A stretch of 64,000 nucleotides of DNA, from assembly GCA_902547295.1 (NCBI GenBank), contig CACCNJ010000004.1, positions 18,575 through 82,574 on the forward strand. The letters are read 5' to 3'. This DNA comes from an uncultured SAR86 cluster bacterium (GTDB taxonomy: Bacteria > Pseudomonadota > Gammaproteobacteria > Magnimaribacterales > D2472). The notes beneath the pieces were generated by a model, which was given only the letters and a program-made list of their open reading frames with translations, made no database searches and was not told where the DNA came from. The position numbers were made by a program, and so were the translations under genes. Shown one piece after another: positions 57,642-64,000 of the stretch. Numbering within the stretch: position 1 is the first letter of the stretch; each line of letters begins with the position of its first letter.

Positions 57642-58586
57642 TTACTCAACTGAAGATCTGATAATATTTAAATCTTTAGTCAATATACTACCAACTGCTG
57701 TATGCGACAAATCATCGCGTTTAATACCTATAATGCTAGCAATTTCGTTAGCAGCATGAATACCTGTGCAATGACCACCCATAAATTTTGTTAATCCATT
57801 ATCCTTAAACCAGTTAGCTGTGTTAATGATTGTTTCATCATCTGCTCTAAATAAATGAAATCCTCCAATTGCTCCATATACCGGAACATTTTTAATTGAT
57901 TGAAGTTTTTTAGCAGTATTTATAATTCCTGAATGTCCGCATCCTGACATCATTACCCAACCTTTATCTGTTAACATCCCGACAGATTGATCATCCTTTA
58001 TAATATCAGGCTTAGTTAATTCAACATCTGTATAAATACCTTTTGGTCCATTGAAATATTCGTCAGTTCTTTCTACTGTGCCCGTTGCATAAAGATTTCT
58101 GGAAACTAAAAAATGATTGTCTAAAATTATAAAATCTATGCCCTCTTTTTCAGCAGCAATTTTGAATTCATTTGAATCATCAAAATTACCAGGTCCTACT
58201 TTCTGACCATTTTCAAGATAACGCTGCTCAAAAAAACCTCTTGCAACATATACCTTAGAAAATGATTTTGGGTTTATTTCTTTATATGTTTGCCTTAATT
58301 TAATTAAGCCACCAGTATGGTCACTATGAAAATGACTTAATACAACTTTTTCAACTTTTGATAGATCCTTATTTAATATTTTCGCATTATGCAGAACTGT
58401 ATCCTCGTGAAAGCCAGTATCAAATAATATTGATTCATCATCGTTTTCATACAAAGCTGAAAAGCTCCATTCACCAAAGCCCCCATAGTTAGAAATATTA
58501 GTGGCTAAAACAGTTATTTCATATTCATTAGTAAAACTAAAAGTTGAAATTAAACTTATAAAAAATAGTTTTATTTTATTTATCAA
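57642..58586 (-). CDS. MBL-fold metallo-hydrolase with signal peptide
   Basis: ILFDTG, LSHFHSDHTGG, GCGHSG, IGGFHL, GHCTG. Confidence 0.85.
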   Translation of the reverse strand: MINKIKLFFISLISTFSFTNEYEITVLATNISNYGGFGEWSFSALYENDDESILFDTGFHEDTVLHNAKILNKDLSKVEKVVLSHFHSDHTGGLIKLRQTYKEINPKSFSKVYVARGFFEQRYLENGQKVGPGNFDDSNEFKIAAEKEGIDFIILDNHFLVSRNLYATGTVERTDEYFNGPKGIYTDVELTKPDIIKDDQSVGMLTDKGWVMMSGCGHSGIINTAKKLQSIKNVPVYGAIGGFHLFRADDETIINTANWFKDNGLTKFMGGHCTGIHAANEIASIIGIKRDDLSHTAVGSILTKDLNIIRSSVE

Positions 58587-59107
58587 TCTACTCTTTTTAT
58601 TAGTGAATATTGTTTTTCTAACTTTCCATCTAAATTTAACGAAGCATCAACTTTCACACTATCAGTACCTGTAAAAGTCCATCCAATAGATTCAACAAAG
58701 TTGTGATGTTCTGGATGATATCCAGGTGAAGGATCTGATTTAAGTTGTATTGAGTTTTCACTCAGTTTATCAACAGTGAACATTGGTTCTGTACCAAGAG
58801 CACAATAATGTTTTATCACAAGCTCACCATCTTTATCTGAGTATGTGGTCATCATTTCTACTCCGTCTTCAACCAATTTTTCAACAATTGTATTTCCATT
58901 TGAAACAAGTTTAAATTCAGAAGATGTATCAACTACAGCACCTGATTGTTGATATAGTTTTCCTTCCCATTTTCCTAACATTTTTTTAATTTGTTCAAAT
59001 GCCTTACTATTATTAACTTCACCCATATCAACATCGCCAATAGTAGTATTTTGTGCAATTGAAGAAACAGACATTACAAATAGTCCTAGTATTAAATAAA
59101 ATTTCAT
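58583..59107 (-). CDS. Exported hypothetical protein (HYC motif, beta-rich)
   Basis: Signal peptide, AFEQIKKMLGKWEG, EMMTTY, HYCALGTEP. Confidence 0.65.
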   Translation of the reverse strand: MKFYLILGLFVMSVSSIAQNTTIGDVDMGEVNNSKAFEQIKKMLGKWEGKLYQQSGAVVDTSSEFKLVSNGNTIVEKLVEDGVEMMTTYSDKDGELVIKHYCALGTEPMFTVDKLSENSIQLKSDPSPGYHPEHHNFVESIGWTFTGTDSVKVDASLNLDGKLEKQYSLIKRVD

Positions 59108-59205
59108 AAAATCTCCCTATCAAATAAATTTATATTTAAAATATATCAATAAATATATCATTTTATACTACTAATAAGTGTCTTAAATCTATATATTAAT
59201 AACAT

Positions 59206-60228
59206 ATGATCTACTCAAATATCCTTGAAACTATTGGAAATACTCCGTCTATAAAGGTTAAAAATATTTCTATAAATAACACAAATATTTATGTGAAAGC
59301 TGAATTCTTTAATCCTGCTAGTTCAGTAAAAGATCGTTTAGCTATAAGCATTATTGAGAATGCAGAAAAAAATGGATCTATAGAAAAAGGTCAGACGGTT
59401 GTTGAAGCAACTAGTGGTAATACAGGTATTGGTCTAGCAATGGTTTGTGCGGCCAAGAATTATCCTCTAGTGGTAACTATGCCAGATAGCGCATCTATAG
59501 AAAGACGAAAATTAATGAGATTTCTTGGAGCAAGAGTAATTTTAACACCTGCATCTGAGGGAGGAACTGGTGCATACGATATTGCAAAAAGATTAGTTCA
59601 TAAAAACAACTGGTTTTTTGCGAGACAATTTGAAAATGAAGATAACGCAAATATTCACGAAGAAACAACAGGAATGGAAATTTATAATGACTTTAAAGAT
59701 ATTGGATTAGACTATTGGGTATCAGGATATGGGACTGGAGGTACTTTCACTGGAGTATCTAGAACCTTAAGAGAAAAACTTCCTAACACTAAATTAATTT
59801 TAACAGAACCAGATGTTGCACCATTAATAGGCAGTGATAAAAAGCAAAGTAGAAATAATGATGGTTCAGCGTCAGAATCACATCCTGCATGGAATCCTCA
59901 TCCTATACAAGGCTGGACTACTGATTTCATCCCTCTTGTTTTGCAAGAATCAATTGATAAAAAATATTATGATGAATTAATTCCAGTATCTGGTGATGAT
60001 GGTCTATTTTGGTCACATGAATTAGCAAAAAAAGAAGGTATTATCACAGGAGTTTCCGGTGGATCAACATTCGCAATTGCTATAGAAGTTGCCAAAAATG
60101 CCAAGGAAGGGTCAAATATTTTATGCATGCTTCCTGATACAGCTGAAAGATATATGTCTAGTATTTTATTTGATTCAATTGAACCAGAAATGAATGAGGA
60201 GGAGAAAAAGCTACTTAATTCTGTTTAA
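59206..60228 (+). CDS. cysK: Cysteine synthase (O-acetylserine sulfhydrylase family, PLP)
   Basis: KAEFFNPASSVKDR, EATSGNTG, QFEN, GTGGT, HPIQG, PDTAERY.S. Confidence 0.9.
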   Translation: MIYSNILETIGNTPSIKVKNISINNTNIYVKAEFFNPASSVKDRLAISIIENAEKNGSIEKGQTVVEATSGNTGIGLAMVCAAKNYPLVVTMPDSASIERRKLMRFLGARVILTPASEGGTGAYDIAKRLVHKNNWFFARQFENEDNANIHEETTGMEIYNDFKDIGLDYWVSGYGTGGTFTGVSRTLREKLPNTKLILTEPDVAPLIGSDKKQSRNNDGSASESHPAWNPHPIQGWTTDFIPLVLQESIDKKYYDELIPVSGDDGLFWSHELAKKEGIITGVSGGSTFAIAIEVAKNAKEGSNILCMLPDTAERYMSSILFDSIEPEMNEEEKKLLNSV

Positions 60229-60232
60229 AGAG

Positions 60233-60949
60233 TTAAAGCTTTTTAGCAGGAATTCCAGCAACAGTTGTTTCAGCTTCAACATCCTTCAGAACAAGACTTC
60301 CTGCAGCCACTTTTGCATTTTTACCAATAGTGATATTTCCTAACACAGTACTTGATGCAAAAATTGAAACACCTGATTTTATTTTTGGATGCCTATCGCC
60401 TATTTCAAAACCTTTACCACCAAGTGTAACTCCTTGATATATAGATACATTTTCGTCAATTTTAGAGGTCTCTCCTATTACAACTCCAGTAGCATGATCA
60501 ATCATTACACCGCCCTTAATTTCAGCTGCAGGATGAATATCTACACCAAAAACCTCTGATGCTCTATTTTGAAAGAATAGTGCCATTGTATGTCTATCAT
60601 TATTCCATAAGCAGTGGGCAGCTCTATAAGTTGCTAGACCTTGAAAGCCTTTATAGAACAAGATTGGTGTTGAGAAGTACTTGCATGCTGGATCATGATC
60701 TTTAAAAAAAACGATATCATTTATCAAGTCTTCTTCTATATGATCACACTTATGATATACATCTAAAATAAACTCTTTTATTTTATCTGATGATAAAGCA
60801 TCACTACTTAGTTTGGATGCTAAAACAGAGGCAACTGAGTTAATTAAGTTATCTTGAGATAGTATTAATTGATTTAAATAGGGTTCAAGTGAAGGTTCGG
60901 CTTCAATTCTTAATTTCACTTCATTTTGAATTTCATTCCAAATATTCAT
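60233..60949 (-). CDS. cysE: Serine O-acetyltransferase
   Basis: DPAC, YKGF, FGVDIHPAA, IDHATGVVIGET, QGVTLGG, RHPKI, AGIPAK. Confidence 0.94.
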   Translation of the reverse strand: MNIWNEIQNEVKLRIEAEPSLEPYLNQLILSQDNLINSVASVLASKLSSDALSSDKIKEFILDVYHKCDHIEEDLINDIVFFKDHDPACKYFSTPILFYKGFQGLATYRAAHCLWNNDRHTMALFFQNRASEVFGVDIHPAAEIKGGVMIDHATGVVIGETSKIDENVSIYQGVTLGGKGFEIGDRHPKIKSGVSIFASSTVLGNITIGKNAKVAAGSLVLKDVEAETTVAGIPAKKL

Positions 60950-60975
60950 ATGTGCTTTTATTGAAAATAATAAAC

Positions 60976-62376
60976 TTATTCTATATACAAACCAAAGCCT
61001 TCTTGAAGACCTACGATGTCATTGTATGTATTTTTATTAGATGATAAATAAAAATCTTTAGATTCTTTATTAAATAGTATGTAATTTAATAGATCGGTAT
61101 CTTTTTTTGAAAAGTCTTTAATATTATTTGATTTACAAAAATTAGAAAAATCTTTTCTATACTCACTTATTGTCATATTTTCAGATTCGTTGTCTGGGAT
61201 ATTTTTATCGATTTTTTTGAGAAGTTTTGAGTTAATTTTTCCAGGGATTTGTCCATACTTGCCGTTAACTAAGTCAACAAATTCTTTATTAATGGTCTTA
61301 TATCTTTCTCCATCTAAAACATTCATTAATGCCTGTGCACCAACTATTTGTGAGGATGGAGTGACAAGAGGCACAAAACCAACATCTTCTCTAATTCTTG
61401 GAATTTCATCAATTAGATCTTTTAATCTATGTTGTTTATTGAGATCAACTAACTGTTTTTCTAAAATACTCAACATACCTCCAGGAACTTGATATAAGAG
61501 CATATTAATATCTACTCCCCTCATAGACCCTTCGTATTGAACATATTTAGGTCTAACAGATTGAAAATGTTCAGCTATATTTGTTAAAAGATTCATATCG
61601 AATGGATTTTCATCATCTTTATAAATCATTGAAATAAAACTTTCAGTTGCTGTATGAGCATATAAATTGCTGAATGACGATATCGAAGTATCAATATTAT
61701 CAACCCCTGCCTCATATGCTTTTAGATTTGTTGCATCTGCTAAACCAGTAGTTGAATGTGTATGCAAATGAATTGGTATTTTAAGATTTTTTTTAAGTTT
61801 TTTAATTAGCTCATAACCAACATTAGGTCTCAAAAGTCCTGCCATATCTTTTATAGCTAGAGATTTTGCCCCAATATCTTCAATATCTTTTGCTAATTTT
61901 ATCCAGTATTTTTCATTATGAACGGGGCTAGTTGTATAACAAATTGTGCCCTGAGAGTTTTCTTTTTCATTATTTACAAACTCTATAGATGATTTAATGT
62001 TTTCAATATCATTTAGGGCATCAAAAATTCTAAAAATATTTATACCCTCTTTTGCTGCATTTTTTATAAAAAGTTCAATAACAGAATCGTCATATTCTTT
62101 ATAACCAACTAAATTTTTACCTCTAAGTAACATTTGAAGTTTGGTTTTTTTAAATTTCTTTTTGAAAACTTTTAATCTATCCCAAGGGTTTTCATTTAAA
62201 AACCTTAAACAGCAATCATATGTGGCACCACCCCAAACCTCTAGAGATGAGTAACCTACATTATCTAGCTTTGATAACACGGGTAACATGTCTTCAGTTT
62301 TCATTCTTGTTGCAATCAATGATTGCTGACCATCTCTTAGAACGACCTCTGTTATATTTGGTTTTTTAGAAGGCAT
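60976..62376 (-). CDS. Pyruvate/oxaloacetate carboxyltransferase (OadA/PycB catalytic domain, no biotinyl domain)
   Basis: LRDGQQSLIATRM, EVWGGATYD, QMLLRG, RIFDALND, IKDMAG, HTHST, QVPGGM, PLVTPSSQIVG. No AMKM motif. Confidence 0.88.
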   Translation of the reverse strand: MPSKKPNITEVVLRDGQQSLIATRMKTEDMLPVLSKLDNVGYSSLEVWGGATYDCCLRFLNENPWDRLKVFKKKFKKTKLQMLLRGKNLVGYKEYDDSVIELFIKNAAKEGINIFRIFDALNDIENIKSSIEFVNNEKENSQGTICYTTSPVHNEKYWIKLAKDIEDIGAKSLAIKDMAGLLRPNVGYELIKKLKKNLKIPIHLHTHSTTGLADATNLKAYEAGVDNIDTSISSFSNLYAHTATESFISMIYKDDENPFDMNLLTNIAEHFQSVRPKYVQYEGSMRGVDINMLLYQVPGGMLSILEKQLVDLNKQHRLKDLIDEIPRIREDVGFVPLVTPSSQIVGAQALMNVLDGERYKTINKEFVDLVNGKYGQIPGKINSKLLKKIDKNIPDNESENMTISEYRKDFSNFCKSNNIKDFSKKDTDLLNYILFNKESKDFYLSSNKNTYNDIVGLQEGFGLYIE

Positions 62377-62424
62377 AAATAAATAGATATATTAACTACA
62401 CCTATTTTAATTTATATTCCTATA

Positions 62425-62458
62425 AATATAAAACTAGCCATGAGGCTAGTTTTATATT
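62425..62458 (-). terminator. Rho-independent terminator downstream of the cupin gene
   Basis: Perfect 15-bp stem: aatataaaactagcc-atga-ggctagttttatatt. Confidence 0.8.
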
Positions 62459-62467
62459 GATGATTTT

Positions 62468-62872
62468 TTAGTCAATAAAAATCGTATGCTCTTTTCCTGA
62501 TTCAGATACTCTAATTACAAGTAAATCTGAGCATGAATCTTCTAATTCAGGCGCATCTGACTCTCCACCATGAACCCAATCAGATCTTTCAAACCAATAT
62601 TCATTATCTTTGTAAGTTTTCCACTCTCCAGATGATTTAGATTGAGAAAGACCCTCCAAAACATATACTAATGTGCCTGCAGCAGGATGAAAATGTTTAG
62701 GTATAGTACCTTGATCACATGTTTTCCTTCTTTCAATATGCATTTCCATTCCATTACCCATACTAAAAACTTCAGTTGAAACTAAGCCAGGAAAGGATTG
62801 TTCAGCTGACTCATCAGCAAATAAGTTAACTGATAAGAAAGTGATTAGAAATAAATTAAATATTTTTTTCAT
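62468..62872 (-). CDS. Exported cupin-domain protein
   Basis: SD GGAG, then MKKIFNLFLITFLSVNLFA signal peptide. Cupin motifs PKHFHP..LVYVLEG and WFE..WVHG. Confidence 0.75.
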   Translation of the reverse strand: MKKIFNLFLITFLSVNLFADESAEQSFPGLVSTEVFSMGNGMEMHIERRKTCDQGTIPKHFHPAAGTLVYVLEGLSQSKSSGEWKTYKDNEYWFERSDWVHGGESDAPELEDSCSDLLVIRVSESGKEHTIFID

Positions 62873-62873
62873 A

Positions 62874-63611
62874 TTATTCTCCAGTATAAAATTTAACAAA
62901 TTGAACCATTTCACTGCTAACGTTACTAATCATATCTAATGTATCAGCTGTATAATCTTTATAAGACTTTGTGGTTCTTATTTTTGCTATAGAATCATTT
63001 AGCTCACTTACTGAATTAGCTCCAATATATACCATATGATTTGCGTATCTATTTCCATATGCAACTGCATTTAATCCAAAAGATCCAGAAGTGTTATCTA
63101 CTTGATCAGACATCATGGATTTCCATGCTTTAACATATTCAGCCTCTTTACCTCTTGCAACTTGAAAATTAAATTTTGCAAATGAAGTATTTGTCTGCCA
63201 TGTACGTCCAGAAAGGACATTTTGAGTTACCCAATTCCATGACTTTGATACATCTGTAGTTTTTGATATTTTTACAAGCATATCAGCTGATTCTTTACAT
63301 GAAGAAAAAATAGCTCTTCCCTTTTCCATTAAATCCCAATTTTCATAAGAAACTAAAATAAAATGAGTTGATGATCCTGAGCCTCTTAAAGCCCATAAAC
63401 TTACATTAACTTTTGATTCATCTCTCCATTTATTACCGCATTCAGATTTATCAAACTCATCAAGAGCCATCATAAAGTTAATTGGATCAGTGACTGTTAC
63501 ATAGTTAAACTCTCCAACAGTACCATCAGACTCTATTTTTACATTATGATCATCAGCAATAAGATTAAAAGATAAAATTAATGAAAGTGAAATAATATTT
63601 TTTATAAACAT
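62874..63611 (-). CDS. Exported hypothetical protein with an internal two-fold repeat
   Basis: Signal peptide ending LIA-DDH. Two similar halves, each containing G-x(3-4)-[T/N]H followed by hydrophobic residues. SD GAGG. Confidence 0.7.
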   Translation of the reverse strand: MFIKNIISLSLILSFNLIADDHNVKIESDGTVGEFNYVTVTDPINFMMALDEFDKSECGNKWRDESKVNVSLWALRGSGSSTHFILVSYENWDLMEKGRAIFSSCKESADMLVKISKTTDVSKSWNWVTQNVLSGRTWQTNTSFAKFNFQVARGKEAEYVKAWKSMMSDQVDNTSGSFGLNAVAYGNRYANHMVYIGANSVSELNDSIAKIRTTKSYKDYTADTLDMISNVSSEMVQFVKFYTGE

Positions 63612-63766
63612 TGTTTATATCCTCCTCTAATAAATATCATAGATTTTTTTTTCAGAAGCTTCCAGAAATATACTTCTAATTTATATATATATTTTTTTTT
63701 ATCTATATAACTAAATTAAAATATTTATATTATTATAGGTATTCAATCATTAAGGGAGAATTAATT

Positions 63767-64000
63767 ATGACTGAATATCAAATATTTAACATGATGTATG
63801 TTGGATTTATTAGCAACTCTATGTACTTTGTTGGTATGGTTTTATTAACTTGGTTAGGTTTTAGAATGGCTAATAATATCTATAATAGCCCTGACGCAAA
63901 CATGGCTGCAAAAGTTTTTACTTCTGTATATTGTGTTCTTGTTGGAATCATGTTTTTCTATACTCAGCAGATAGGAGCGGCCATATTAGAAACTGCAGCT
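63767..64000 (+). CDS. Hypothetical membrane protein, truncated by the window edge (paralog of 47808-48221)
   Basis: SD GGGAG, then MTEYQIFNMMYVGFISNSMYFVGMVLLTWLGFRMANNIYNSPDANMAAKVFTSVYCVLVGIMFF... The frame is open to position 64000. Confidence 0.75.
   Translation, partial: MTEYQIFNMMYVGFISNSMYFVGMVLLTWLGFRMANNIYNSPDANMAAKVFTSVYCVLVGIMFFYTQQIGAAILETAA

Noticed and set aside
57677-57690. TAGTCAATATACTA, a partial match to the operator palindrome
   Set aside because: It lies inside the 3' end of a coding sequence, far from any promoter, and the right half-site is poor.
1-64000. tRNA, rRNA, riboswitch, prophage or anti-phage defence genes
   Set aside because: None was recognised by eye. 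Intergenic gaps are short and AT-rich. A tRNAscan, Infernal or DefenseFinder run would be needed to exclude them formally.

Overview
An AT-rich (roughly 30% GC by eye), very tightly packed chromosome segment. Gene order and content point to a genome-streamlined marine gammaproteobacterium, probably SAR86-like (inference). Bases 1-36.4 kb are a pruned core backbone: rne, rluC, rpmF-fabD-fabG-acpP-mltG-tmk-holB, trmA, nfuA, mfd, an acyl-CoA dehydrogenase pair, gap, nqrABCDEF-apbE-nqrM, aceA, purB-mnmA, icd-clpS-clpA and infA. From 36.5 to 52 kb lies an accessory catabolic locus: a TonB-dependent receptor, a membrane-anchored exported sulfatase, two GSTs, an MhpA-like FAD monooxygenase, a trihydroxytoluene-oxygenase-type VOC dioxygenase, a HadB/RutE flavoreductase, an FAH hydrolase, a CoA-acylating (methyl)malonate-semialdehyde dehydrogenase, two Asp-nucleophile alpha/beta hydrolases and a TetR regulator. 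Four copies of a 14-bp palindrome (TAGTCA-N2-TGACTA type) overlap its promoters. This is the best candidate for an undescribed system: an import-plus-ring-cleavage locus for sulfated or halogenated phenolics, matching the DntB/C/D/G/E enzyme set family by family. From 52 to 64 kb are small redox and exported proteins, cysK/cysE and a stand-alone carboxyltransferase. Other notable signals are apparent leaderless promoters (one bidirectional), a multi-stem RNA candidate in the rne leader, and small or edge-truncated genes absent from the ORF track. No tRNA, rRNA, CRISPR array, integrase or transposase was recognised.
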